This document shows, piece by piece, positions 27,370-41,952 of a stretch of 64,000 bases of DNA. This stretch comes from Octopus vulgaris (taxonomy: Eukaryota). A program made the translations under genes and the position numbers. The stretch covers positions 65,596,001 through 65,660,000 of the forward strand of contig OX597828.1 in NCBI GenBank assembly GCA_951406725.2, given 5' to 3'. The stretch's first letter is position 1; the number at the start of each line of letters is the position of its first letter. The notes beneath the pieces were generated by a model. It made no database searches. It saw nothing but the letters and a program-made list of their open reading frames with translations, and was not told the DNA's origin.

Positions 27370-28018
27370 ATGTATGTATGTATGTATGTATGTATGTATG
27401 TATGTATGTATGTATGTGTCTATATACCATATATAGTATACATACGTACACACACACAATGTATATGTGTATATACATATTCTCTCTGTGCCCGTAATAA
27501 ATTCGATCACATTTCTATACTGGAAAAAACAAGAAAAATAAGAATGTAAAATGAAAAATGTCTTAGAAAATATATTTCATAAATGTCAAGGAAAATGTGT
27601 TTTCAGATCTGAAATTACATGTATATAAAATTTACATTTGATGGATGAGGATTATTCATCATCTTAACTCACAAAGAGTTTGACAAATTGTTCCCCGTGT
27701 TCAACATAGCAGTTAATTTTTTGAGTTCATTTTTTTTTATTATTGCTTCAAAAAGCTGCCATTGACATGGACCCTTGGCAAAAAAATTAGGACCCTCTTC
27801 CAACACAAAGACTTCGATGACTTCCTGAATGATAAATATAAACTGATCTTATAAGAATTGAAACTACTACACCAGTATTAAGCTCTCTGCCAAAAGCGAG
27901 GTGGAACTTTCAAAAGCTAAATAGACACAGCTCAAGAATGACATCAAAAAGCTTATATTAGAACTCGAGCGATTGCATTAGAAGCAGGGACAAAGTTAGC
28001 AACAATAGTTGTAATATT

Positions 28019-28066
<48 letters not shown>

Positions 28067-28113
28067 TTAAATACACACATATATATATGTATATATACAT
28101 GTATATATGTATG

Positions 28114-28184
<71 letters not shown>

Positions 28185-28185
<1 letters not shown>

Positions 28186-28390
28186 GCGTGTGTACCGTTG
28201 GTGATTTTTTTCCTCCGTCTTCCCTTCTTTGGATCTTTCCTTTTCCTATGTTTCTGACGAAGAGCTCCGCTCGAAACGTTAAACCCTCCTTCTTTCCTTC
28301 TCTCCTGAGCGTCCAATAATACTATACTTGTTCCACGTCCTCGAGTTGTTGTGTTTTCTCTCTTTGTGTTTTCATGTTTAGAATAACTAT
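28185..28390 (+). mobile_element. Short repeat, family A, carrying an intact minimal hammerhead
   Basis: Homologous to 60180-60332 (minus strand); abuts (TA)n on the left. Confidence 0.75.
28250..28284 (+). ncRNA. Minimal type I hammerhead ribozyme
   Basis: GTTT-CTGACGA-A-GAGC-TCC-GCTC-GAAA-CG-TT-AAAC: stem I GTTT/AAAC, stem II GAGC/GCTC, palindromic ACGT stem III, GUU cleavage triplet. Confidence 0.78.
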
Positions 28391-28407
28391 GTATACATGT
28401 ATACATT

Positions 28408-30003
28408 CAGCTCAGATAATAGAATTCGACGGTAGACTCTGGACCAGATCCGATACCCCCGACAATTTTGATGTGGCTATGGGCTCGAGCGATTCAGCTC
28501 AGGTGACTGACTTGGTCGGGGCCTACCTGCTCAAGAAGCTTTTCTCCGAGGTACCGGATCTTCAGGGGGGTCTATACAGAGACGACGCTCTCTTCATATA
28601 CCCCACCAACAATAGGAGTAAACTAGAAAGAATTAGGAAAAAGATCAGGCTTTTTTTCAAATCCTTCAATCTTAAACTAGAATTTATGACCAATACTAAA
28701 ATAGTAAACTTCTTAGATGTTACGTTAGACTTGAATAAGCACCTTCACCACCCGTATAGGAAACCCGAAGAAACTACCAAATACATCCATACCTCTTCCA
28801 ACCATCCACCCTGTATAATTAGCACCACGGTCCAAGCCATCTCAGACAGACTGACAAAACTATCCTCTAATAGAGAAATTTTCAATAATCACGCACAACA
28901 CTACAACCAGGCTCTCTATAGTGCCGGGTATAACCAGAGAATATCATATGTAGACCACCCGGGAGCGTCCGTCTACCATAAAACTCCCAATTATAATCGA
29001 ACTCAGCACTCAACTCACACTAGCGATAATTCTAATTTAAACTCCAAACAACGTATAGGAAATAGGCGAACTAATAGAATAGCACACAATAGTAACCCTC
29101 CCGACGAGAGCAATATAGATCCTATTAGGAGAAATAGAAGGGATAATAGATTACGCAAATACATATGGTTCAACTTACCTTACAACTTAGCAGTTAGGGG
29201 TAAGTTATGTAAGAGAATATTCTCTATCATTTCCAACAACTTCCCACCCACCCACAAGTATAGAAGTATCTTCTCCAACAAAACCATTAGGATTTCCTAC
29301 TCTACCCTGCCCAACATGAGCTGCCTCATAGCTAAACATAACTATATTAATATTAGAACAGCTAGATCAAGAGCAAACCATAGTGACCAACAGAACCCCC
29401 CTCATCTAGACAGTAGACAATATAACCAGACTGGCAGCCATACTACCCAAACAGTTAGTAATAACACCCGCCAACACAACAGAGGAAATACTACACCCAT
29501 CAACAACTAGGAGGATATCAACGCCCCCACTCGTATTGCAACACCTCCGCCTGGGATTAGCAGCACACGACCGAATAATGCAATGCAATGCAACTGCAGA
29601 TGTGCATCAGAGTGCCCGCTGTAGGGCGAAAAACGTAATATATTCATGTGAGGTGAGTACTCAGTTTAACACACTCACCTATATTGGTTGCTCAACCTCC
29701 TGGAAATCCAGATACTACAACCACCGGTCCTCGCTGAGACACAGACATAAGGCTAACAGCACCTCCCTTTCTAAAAGAATTTGGGAATTAAAAGACAAAT
29801 GTATAGGCTTCAAACTCAGATGGTCCATCATCGGATCAGCTGCACCTTATTTAAATAATAGAGCAGGATGCCAACTATGTTGTATAGAACTCCTGAACAT
29901 CTTGAAATTCAAAGACAAACACAATCTTATTAACAAAAGGTCAGAGTTCAAACCATCCTGTATACACAAACTTATTAATACTTTCAAATACTACAAAGCT
30001 TAG
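28408..30003 (+). pseudogene. 5'-truncated Penelope-like (Naiad-like) ORF: RT, Cys motif, GIY-YIG; one stop and one frameshift
   Basis: FDVAMGSSDSAQVTDLVG, GLYRDDAL, VNFLDVTLDL, YRKP, SNHPP, IWFNLPY, SYSTLPN; reading through TAG 29508-29510 gives CNCRCASECPL; the next frame gives VIY...YIG, NSTSLSKRIWELK, CQLC, INKRSE. Confidence 0.92.
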
Positions 30004-31843
30004 GTTTTATACCAACTCCCCCATGCAATTTCCTCCCACCCGGTGCAACCTGTCGGCTCCAGCACATCCCGCTTTCCTATATGTGCGTGTATATGCGTAT
30101 GTGTGTGTGTATGTATATGTATGTGCACATATGTGTACGTATATGTACATATATATATATATATATGTGCGTGTGTGTGTGTGTGTGTGGGTGTGTGTAT
30201 GTGCATATATGTTTCCCTGCATTTTCCTCCTATATATACAAATTTTGTCTCCCATACATGACTTCTTTTCCCTAAATATTTCTTCTCCTACACCCATATC
30301 CTTCCTATATAGTCTCTTTACTTCCCTATATCTATACCCTTTCACATTTCTAACTCGGATGTTGAACGCACACCGCCAAACTCCACTTCCCACCCTTCCA
30401 ATTTTCAGTTCCCCCCGCCCGCCCCTACGTGGACACTTTTAACACACACCTCTAACTTTCAACCACCTTCATCTCATGTTAAATTATATTTTTATCTTAT
30501 TTTATTTTATTTTATTTTTACTCTTGTTCTACTTCCATTTATTCTCATTTTCATTTTCATCCCTTACCTTAACTCTTATAATTTTTATAATTTTTATATT
30601 TCATTTCTAACTATTACATTGTATTTCTTATTTTATACTGTATTTCTTACTTTTATTTCTAATTTTTACCCTTACCCTCATTCTTACCCCTAACTTATCG
30701 CTTTACATCTCTATATATGTTTATTTACTTACCTATAGATCCACTTTTGACTATGCGAGCGTCCGTGTACGTATGTATACGCATACATACATAAACGCGC
30801 GCATATATGTACATGCATATTTTGATATCTTATAGCTATACCCATATGTCTCTGTGTGTGTGTGTAGGTGTATATGTGCACGCACATACGTACACACAGC
30901 CGTGTGTGCGTGCACGCATAGACGTGATTCCTTACATACGCTCTTATATACATCCTTTAATATCTTATATCTAGACCTGGAAGCGTGGGCATATGCGTGT
31001 GTGTATGTAAGGATGGGCGCGCGTATGTACATGTGAGTGTGTACACGTATAGTGTCCGTGTATACATGCGGATATTCTGTTGTATGTATGTATGTGTACG
31101 CACGTGCGTGTGGGTGTGTGTGTGTTTATATGCATGTTTACACGCGAGTGCGTGTGTATGCTTATAGGCTTGGAGGCGTATATGTACGCGTGTATATGGG
31201 TGTATGTATCCATGTTGGTATGTATGTACTAGAAGTCCAAATAATTCAAGGAACCAGATTAAACGCTCAACAGCTCTGATTTACAACACATTAGGTCCCC
31301 AGACGAAACTGTTGATTTACTGACAATTCTACAACTAAATTTTATCAATCTCCTGACCACCATGCTTGGTCCTTAACCTCTATACATCCCTTATCTTTAT
31401 ATTTTTTATATTTTGTTACATTTTTATCATGTTTTTTTACTTTTATTTTTATTTCTATTTCTATTTTTACTTTATAACCTTATGCCTTTACATTTATTTA
31501 TATTTCTTTATATTTCTTTATATTCTTTATACCCCCTTTACATCTCCTTATATCTCTTTATACCTTTATGCTCTACATTTTTATATTTTTCTATACTTAC
31601 ACTTTTTATACATTTTTTATCCCTCGTCCTGAATGCTCGCCCCTCCATCTTCACGTATATACATGTATTTATTTATTTACATTACTTCAACATCCATTTT
31701 TCCTCATCCTACATTGAGAGAAGAAAGAGATGGACGCTTCAATTCTATGCTGCTGCCGCATTATGTCGTACGCGAATGGGAGGATTTGCATCCCCAACCA
31801 AGAATTTTTGATGTAACACATGTCCTTGTGGAAGCTGTTGTGC

Positions 31844-31921
31844 GCGGCTGAAGAAGGCCACAGACATACATTATGCATTGTTATAAATCTGTCTAATAAA
31901 GGCCCGAAACATATGTACCGC
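31844..31921 (+). ncRNA. Type I hammerhead ribozyme at the 3' end of the Penelope-like element
   Basis: GCGG-CTGAAGA-A-GGCC-ACAGA...TCTGT...GGCC-C-GAAA-CATATG-TA-CCGC; intact core boxes, palindromic stem III, GUA triplet; followed by (TA)n. Confidence 0.88.
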
Positions 31922-31956
31922 TGAATCCTTCGCATCATGTTTTTATTTTGATCAAT

Positions 31957-32008
<52 letters not shown>

Positions 32009-32697
32009 GAGATACGCATTGTTGAAGTTTTGTAGTACACTTATTCCAAGAACCCATACTTAAATTTTATGTATATTCCATGAAAATTGGATGTATTTGC
32101 ACTTTCAAGGGGGCTCTCTCGAGTGTTATAAACCCCATTAGGGGGGTTAAATATGGTGAAATTAAAGATGGTGAAATTTTGGAAATCGTCTTTATTTAGT
32201 ACCTAGTAGTTATGTTGCTATTTTCATTGAAGTCGGATGTATTTGAATTTTCACAGGGGGTGTCTGCCCTGCTTTAAGCCCCCTAATCGCAATAGAAAGT
32301 AAATTTTATGTAGCTCATCGTCTTTCCCGTAAAATGTTACATGAGAACACATACTTTGTTTTTATGTATCTTCCGTTCCCTTTCGTCCTATAGATGTACA
32401 GACACACAGACGTTGAGCTTTATTGTGTAGATAATTACACCAGGTAACAAAATTTTTGCTACTATTAGACGAAATGGTGCTCATGGGTAATTTGAGAGCG
32501 CTGATTCCGAACCTGCAGCCATTTTTGCTCTAGCACGTCACATATTTGCGCTATCATTATACATAACTGTTATCAAAATTACAATAATGTGAAAATTCAT
32601 GACAAAATAAAATGAATGTTATGTTAAGTGTAAATTACTGTTATTTGGTGTAAGAACAATAGTAACTAGGTGGATAAATAGCTCTAAAACCAATAGT

Positions 32698-32862
32698 TGT
32701 TCTGAGTTCAAATTCCGCCGAGTTCGACTTTGCCTTTCATCCTTTCGGGGGTCGATCAAATAAGTACCAGTTACGCACTGGTGTCGATGCAATCGACTCA
32801 TTCTCTTTGTCCTTGTTTGTCCCCTCTATGTTTAGCCCCCTGTGGGCAATAAAGAAATAAGC
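32698..32862 (+). mobile_element. 5'-truncated SINE copy
   Basis: Consensus match from the B box onward; further decayed copies at about 34720-34900 and 35330-35460. Confidence 0.85.
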
Positions 32863-34191
32863 ATTTGTTACTACTGGTGTTACTAACAATATTAGTTACT
32901 AATACAGCTACAGTTTCTTGTGAGGTTATTATTGATACTTTTGAAGTGTCTTAATAATATTTCTGTTACTGGTGCAAAAATATTATTGTCGCTGTTGGAA
33001 ATATAATTGTTTTTAATCACGCTAATGTTGCTATTGCGAATAAGGATGCTTCTACTATTATTTAGAATGTTAGTGATGTGAATAACGTTAATGATCTTGT
33101 TAGCATTAATAATGCTACTGGCATTTTTTTAACGTTACTGTTGTTGTTAACGATATTACAGTTATTATTCGTAATAATGATGTTGTTGTATCTGTTACAG
33201 TCATTTACCAATAATGTTACTGTTGCTGTTTTTACTTTTATGTTATTATTTTTCATTTATTCGATTTCCATATAATGAAGATTAAAGGTGCGCCTATGAT
33301 ATCAATTGCTTTCAATTTACTTTTGTTTGTTAAGGTCATGTGCTATCTCCGTCTGTCCTTTGCTGAAGGTGTATTTGTTAATTTTGCTATCTTTTTAGTA
33401 TTTCCAGAGACAAGTTCATTTATATATATATAATCATATCGTTTTAGTTTTCTTCATAAAATTTATTTTCACATTCATATCATCATCCAGTTTATTCAAG
33501 ATCTCACCCACTTAGCTTTATTTATTCATTTATTTTCTTACACAAGTCTTAAACACAATTATTCCTTAACTTCATTAAGATATCCTCAATTAACACCTTT
33601 CACTCTTTAATATAATCATTACAAAATAATTGCTCTAAACAAGTGATATATTCCAATAATTAAACTGTACAACATACGGGATTGTATTTCAAGTTATTGT
33701 TGCTTATTTTTACTTCCAGCTTGGCTTCCAACCATAGCCATCTCAACTTTTTCTTTTGGCATTACGTATCGGATATTGCATTGTCCAATGCAGTCTTACG
33801 ATAGTGTTTTGTTAGACAGGGGAAATTTGATTGCTATTTCTAGCAAGCTAAATGGTCTATAAGGGGCTTTCTATTACGTGTACTTGAGGGTCTCATATAT
33901 GTAACATAGTAAGTTAACAAACTTTGAGTAAATCATTTAATCCTTGCAATTAGCAGACAAAGACTCCTAAATCTTTAGAAATTAAAACCAAGGAACAAGA
34001 TTGATAATTAAAATATGGAGATAATAAAAGCAAGACCGATGGAAGTGGTTCTGGTTTCGAAACTAACTGGTGACAGCAGTGGTAGGTTTCAGTTCTATTA
34101 AACCTCATCAATGAAGTATATTCTACTCAGTTGGCAGGACTTAGATGTGGCCTCTGTGTGTGTATGTGTGTGTATGTGCGTGTGTGTGAGA

Positions 34192-34240
<49 letters not shown>

Positions 34241-35462
34241 GTTTAAATCCAGACCATTTCTAATGGAAAAATCCAGCCCTAAGCTTATGTATATCAGCGT
34301 TTATAACTTGTGTATATCTTATATATATCAGCGTTTACATCATCAAAATATTATTTTAAATAATCAGATGTTATATGAGGGTGATTTGACTGCTTTTTCC
34401 AGCATATCAATCAACTACGTAAAGGTTTCCTTCATTTTAAGCTCTTGTTGGTTACGTGGTTTAGCTCCAGATTATCTTTTATTTAATAAACTTATGACTT
34501 TCTTCAGTGACTATCAATGTTTTTCTACCTCAAAAACAACATTGGCTAATATGGCTGTGCTTGTTTAAATCGGTGGAGTTGATTTGGGTTAGATTTTGTT
34601 GCTATTTCTAGTAGATCGAGTGATCATATGTAGACAAAAGGCGATTAAGACAATCTCCTGAAAATCATTTTATATATATATTTATTTTCTTCGCAGTGAA
34701 AGAGGGAAGTTGAGAAAAGTGCAGAAGCTTTAAAGTGCCGGACAAATTATCTTGCAGTATTTGTGTAAGTCCATTTTCATCCTGCATTCAACTCCGCCAA
34801 GGTCGACTTCGCGTTTCATCCTTCGAGGATCAATAAAAGAAATACTATTAATGCACTGAAGTCGATTTAATCGACTGTATTTTTCCCATACATATTTGTA
34901 GCCTTACGATAAAGAAATCGATAACTATTTTCTTATTACTGATCTTCCTTTGTTTGCGTCAAAGCTAGTTTAGTGCTACAAACGAATTTTCGTATTTTGG
35001 AATTTACGAACAGAGAGCTTTATTCAATTATATATTTATTCTGAGGCGGTAAAGCAAATTTGTTCGACAGTCTGTGGACAACTCTAGATGTACTGTTTAT
35101 CAGTCTTCTCATCTCTCCACAGTATTGGATTTTCTAATTTTTTTATTTGCTTTATCCCTTTTTTCAAAACGGCAACACTATGTTTAGCTAATTCCGTATA
35201 ACCAAATCACATATTCTGTGATACACTTTCTACTTTCAATCGACTAAAAGGTTTATATTTTAACTATCACACCTAATACTATGGATTTTTTTTCTGTTTG
35301 TTTTATTATTATTTTCTTCACTTCAAGTCAACGAGCAAAATGTTTAGCGGTATTTCTTCCGGCCTTTACGGTCTAGGTTCAAATCCTGCCGAGGTAAACT
35401 TACATCCTTTCATCATTTCGGGGTCGATAAAATAAAATACCAAATAAGTACTGGGGTCAATG

Positions 35463-35730
35463 GGATCTTTTCGCTTTGACCGGCAGATTTTTAAAATAAT
35501 TTCTTTGTAACTAAACACTTTTAAACTTCGTATATTGGTAGAATGTGTTTATAAAATATCTTTTTCTCTTGGCTTTCTTGAGAAAATTCTGTAGTTTGTA
35601 AGCTATTTGTTGTTTAATTTCTTGCATTTCGGCAATTTCAACCAATCAATGACGTCTATTGAGGTGAATACAATCTTTCTGGATTTTTGTCAACAACAAT
35701 TATTTGCGGTGTCATATGAAAGTATCATAG
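35463..35730 (-). mobile_element. Partial copy of the 17701-18125 MITE family
   Basis: GGATCTTTTCGCTTTGACCGGCAG terminus; body matches the reverse complement of about 17920-18125. Confidence 0.75.
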
Positions 35731-35812
35731 GGCAGTTAAAAAATTAAAGATGAAAAATTGAAAATCAAAAATTAAAATGGAGATAAAGTAAAGTAGGGTC
35801 GTTGGGGATTAC

Positions 35813-37860
35813 CTAAGGGGTTTTGTGGATATATGCTGTGTGGTTATTTAGGTTGCATTTAGGTTTGTGGTAAAATTGGAAGGTATGGAAAAGGCGGTGG
35901 TTGCATGTACTTAGGGCCTCGTTATATTTATTTAATTGTGTCGAGGAGTTGTGTTTTAATATGTGGAATACTTCTTTTAGGCATAGCATACAGGCTAAGC
36001 GTTGACCTTGGTATGGAAGCCCTGAATCTATTATGGACCATGACAAAATGTAGGGAATATTTCTATTTTTGAAATGATGCATGTAACTGGCGAGTGTTAT
36101 GGATTTACTGTATTTATCGTATCTAAAAGAATTGAGATGAGCGGTTGACCCTATGTATATATAGCTGTAGAATTGTGAAATGTGTTGAGGGCGGTGCATT
36201 TATAAATTACATTAGATCTTCTACGATTGGTTTGAAGAGGGCAGATGGACCCAGGACGACAGTTACAAGTGGGTGTATTTTGGAGATTGTTTTCAGGAAT
36301 GGAGGAGGTAATACTGTCAGAGGAGGGGTTAGAGATGGGGTAGAAAGGTCTAAGTTATTAGTATTATTATTACTATTATTGTTATCATTGCTATCGTTGT
36401 TGTTAATTATTTTATCTGTAACGGTAGTGGAAGTTGTGGTAGTATTCTGGATAGTGTTAGTAGGCTAGGTTGGGTTATTGTTGTGGTCTAATGTATGGAG
36501 TTCACTGCTGGAGCTGTGTACATTTTGGGCGCTTGTGTATTCAGAGTTGTTATAGTGTGAGTTTTGGTAATAGAGAGAAAGCTTTTGTTTATTAGAGGCT
36601 GCTATGATAGATTCAAAGTTGGGTGGGGTAGAATAGGATAGCATGAGGGCAGATCTATTAAAGATAGAGTAATATTTATGTTGGCGAGGGACGTTAGAGT
36701 CCAGAATATTAAAGAAGGATTTAGCTAAGTTCTTAACGTTTAGTGAGAAAAGGGGTGTATACCATAGAATGGAGCGTCCACCACTTTGTTTTGGGTGTTT
36801 AGGGGTGGGGCTATCTATATTTTTGGAAAATCGAAGGGGTGGCAAAGCCCGTTGTTGTTAGCTGTTTTAGCTTTTGACTTAGTGTTATATGTGTACGTAT
36901 GGGGCCTAGGTTGTCTTAATGCGGGTTCTCCCGGGGTTATAACATGGTATATGTGTGTGGTCTGTTGTGATTCTGATGGTTGGTGTGTCGTTGCGATGTG
37001 ATTTGAGATATATGTTGTTTGAGCCTAGTATTAAGGATGTATTTTATTTGTTAGGAGAAGCTGCTAGAAGAGAGTGTTTGGTTGCAATATGGTGCGTGGC
37101 TATTAAATATTTCCCCAGTGGAAGAGACGTCAGATATATGGATCGAGATACCTTTCACTATGTAATCAAAGGTGGACTTGTGGCGATTGGAATTAATGTT
37201 TAAGTATTTAAGGTACTGGTTAGGTTTGTGATAAGGGGAGTATTGGAAGGTTTCTAAGTTTAAAGTTACGTCTAAAAAGTTAGTAGTTTTGTTGGAATTT
37301 TCAAACGTAATAGACAGGTCTAGGCTAGAGAAACATTTGTGTAGATCTTTTCTAGCTCGTTCTAAAGAGGATTTGCTTACCCTCTTGGTAACTAGCAAGG
37401 CCTCATCTCTGTTGAGGCCTCCTTTGCGGTTAGGGAAATGTATTTAGAGCTGGTGGAATATGTATAGTCCAACGAGGTCAGTGAGCTGGGCGGAGTCAGA
37501 TGATCCCATGGTGATGTCAAATAAATTGCTATAGTTATTGGCATTGTTATGATGATTGGTCCGGCACCAGAGTTTGTCCTCAGAAGAAATAAAGGTTTGC
37601 AGGCATTAAAGATTATGTTAATTTCTAGTGGGGTAAGGTTGGTTAGATTCCTAGCTAGAAGGAGAGCTTGATTAAGAAGTTTGAGAGAAATAGAAGAATA
37701 GTAATTATTTATATCGAATCGTAGAAAAGAATAAGAATTTTGGCTGTTTAAGAGATGGAACCATGTCAAGAGATGGAACCATGTTCACCTGCACAGGACC
37801 ATGAGCTGACATTTAATCTCTCTTTGACGATTGGTATTATTGTCCAAAATATTTTTACTT
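35813..37860 (-). pseudogene. Penelope-like (Naiad-like) element, fragmented RT, Cys motif and GIY-YIG
   Basis: FLRFDINNYYSSI, TNFLDVTLNL, YHKP, ILWYTPLFS, SYSTPPN, CNCRPGSICPL (manual translation near 36230-36262), YIGST, CMLCLKE. Confidence 0.9.
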
Positions 37861-37869
37861 ATTCTGTGT

Positions 37870-37940
<71 letters not shown>

Positions 37941-38013
37941 AATGAGGGTGAAAAATTGATATTAATTTAATAATACCATTAATTTAACACCAAGTGGCTT
38001 AGCACGTAAAACT

Positions 38014-39054
<1,041 letters not shown>

Positions 39055-39064
39055 GATCAGCAAA

Positions 39065-40535
39065 ATTTAGATTCAGATGAATATGGTACTTAAGTCAAAG
39101 GCACCAGAATTTTATATGGTCTTATCCATATAAATCAAATGGGGTGATTATAATGAAAATAAGCAACAAGTATATTCGAGGTAGAGCAGTACAATTGTTT
39201 TATGCTACTTCATTTTATTAAACACTGTAAGTATTACATCAGTTTTACATCAGTTTTACATCAGTTTTAAAATGTCGTGCAATCTTCAGCCACTTATAGA
39301 ATTTTCCAGTCAAACGGACAATGCACATTCTTATCTCTATTTCGTTTGCCAACATTATAAAGAGGGTAGATATATAGACAGAGAGGTTGATTTCATTCCT
39401 AAGAACTTGATAGTAGTAAATTCACTCCCTGACTGTAGATTTTATCATTGAGTTTACTTTGTTATTTAGATCTGTCAATGGGCAGGGGGATTTTATTTTT
39501 GGTGGGATGGAGACAAAGAATTTTTCTATTTATAGATATAGGAAGGGGTAGAAACAAATGTCAAAACCATAAACCTATTCCTATTCAGAGGAACCCAGCC
39601 CAGATACATTTGAATGCACTAAGCAAAAAGCTAGTATGTTGAAGTTAGAGGGGTAGGGGAAGATAGACTATTAGTGCTCTAGAGGTTTTAATGTCCCTTA
39701 CCATTTGACATCCAGATTCCATATTAAGAAATCTAAGTAAATATTCTTTAGACAATTTTCTAAAGAATTTCAATAAATATTAGTACCTTATATAGGGATA
39801 GAAAAAATATAGAAATCATTTCATATTTATATAAATATATATATATCCATTTCTATTAATATATAATCATAATTAGCTAGTAAATGGTGATTTTAATGAG
39901 TTTAATTAAAAGAAAATGTTGGACATAATATTTACTAACTGTGGAAAAAAAAACTTTATTAATTTAGCACATATATCAGGAGTCAATAAGATATATTAAA
40001 AAGTAATGGAAGGGAGGTAATCAAGATGAACCAAGTAATTTCTCTAGATATATAGAATTATTTGCGATTATTTCATATTTATATATCCCCATTTCCATTA
40101 ATATAGAATCATAATTAGCTAGTAAATGGGGATTTGTTTTATTAATGAGTCGAATTAAAAGAATATGTTAGACATAATGTTTACTAACTGTGGGGGAAAA
40201 TCTTTATCAATTTAGTAAATATATCAGGAGTCAATAAGATATATTAAAAATTAATGGAGGGGATGTAATCAAGATGAACCAAGTAATTTACCTTGATATA
40301 TAGAAATTTTTTTCCATCTAATATAGGAGAGTATCCAAAAATATTCTAATTTCATTATATTCAGATTTATATATTTAATGAAATTTCTTAGTAATCTATG
40401 CATAGATTCCGTTTTCTTCAATATATACCTGCTGACTCGGAAATCTACTAAGGATCCCTAGCTCCAGCCTCAGCCGTGCAGTTAGAATCTAACGGATCAC
40501 CAATTATAGCACTTACGCACTAAACCCCTTATATT
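39065..40535. mobile_element. PLE-like non-coding region: minus-strand HHR segment, ~240-bp tandem duplication, plus-strand tail
   Basis: 39068-39388 is the reverse complement of about 59860-60163; duplication at about 39818-40058 / 40069-40306; 40430-40535 homologous to the reverse complement of 13915-14050. Confidence 0.65.
39186..39293 (-). ncRNA. Type I hammerhead ribozyme, GAAA mutated to AAAA
   Basis: GTGG-CTGAAGA-TTGC...GCAT-AAAA-CAATTG-TA-CTGC. Confidence 0.7.
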
Positions 40536-40581
40536 CTATGTATGTGTGTGTGTGTATACTCGTGTGTGTGTGTGTGTATAT

Positions 40582-40666
<85 letters not shown>

Positions 40667-41734
40667 ATAATATGGTGATAGATTATCTTCGGTTTTGTTC
40701 TATAGCTAAAATTGTCTACTTCTTGGTGTAAAGTTCCCAATTCTCAATACACAAGAGATGACAAGTGTATAACACAGAATATAGTATTCAATGATATCCT
40801 CTCCTAAGACTACCCCTTCAACACTACCCATGTGGACTTTACGGTACCTCAAGTATCACATGTTTCAGGAAAAGGCTTCAAAGGAAATCATGTACATCAC
40901 GGTCCTCTGTAAATTTCCGACAGTCTTAAATTTTTCAAAATAAATTGGGCTTTCCACGAATTAAGTTAATAAATTTGACTACTTTAAAATAAAACGAAAT
41001 ATTAAATTTTTGAGTATCGAACTTTGATGATTCTTTTGATAAAAAGAATTATTGATCTAATATCTTTCACCTAATGAATATTAAAGAATATTATATGGCA
41101 ATGAAGAACTTCAAATTGATAGTATGCAATAATTTCAATATTCGTTTCTTGTTTTTGTTTTTTTGGTTGTCTCTTTCTTTCTTCTTTTTCGCTAATTATT
41201 GTTCGATGATTTACGAAAAATTAAATCTTTAATACAAAGTTTTAAAATTATACGAATTATTATTAATTTCTGCTGCACCCCATAAAAACAAACATCTGAG
41301 ATGACATTATATAAAGTAAATTAACAAATAATAATATCCTTAATTACTCTCAGCTCATTGAATAAATTAAATGCGAAATGTATATTCATTAACATTGACT
41401 TTGTACAATTTCCGATGATTACTTTTCTCCGGCTGCTGCGGCTGTTGTTGTTGTTGATGTGCATGTTGTTACTTGACCCGTCATTGAGCATATAAATGAT
41501 TAAAGGCATTGAAGCCGATCTTTTTTTTTCTTTTTTTGTTAATCGGGTTGAGAGTACCGTGGACTACATTATTGTCTGTGTTTTGTAAAACAATTAGGTA
41601 TAGTTTGAGGGAGATTTAGTTGTCATTTCTTGCAATTCGTGTGACCACGTAGAGGCTCTGTCGGTGACTTGTTTTCCGATGTTGTTTCTATTTATTTATT
41701 TATTTATATATTTATTCATTCATCTATATATTCT

Positions 41735-41952
41735 GCGGAGAGCTGGCAGAAACGTTAGCACGCCAGGCGAAATGCTTAGCAGTATTTCGTCTGCCGCTAC
41801 GTTCTGAGTTCAAATTCCGCGTTTCATCATTTCGGGGGTCGATTAATTAAGTACCAGTTACACACTGGGGTCGATATAATTGACTTAATCCGTTTGTCTG
41901 TACTTGTTTGTCCCCTCTGTGTGTAGCCCCTTGTGGGTAGTAAAGAAATAGT
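41735..41952 (+). mobile_element. SINE (dominant family)
   Basis: Consensus match with a small internal deletion. Confidence 0.88.

Noticed and set aside
29508-29625. Selenocysteine recoding, as known for some Naiad PLEs
   Set aside because: The in-frame stops are TAG, not TGA, and the Cys-motif codons are TGC/TGT here and in the other copies; no SECIS recognised.
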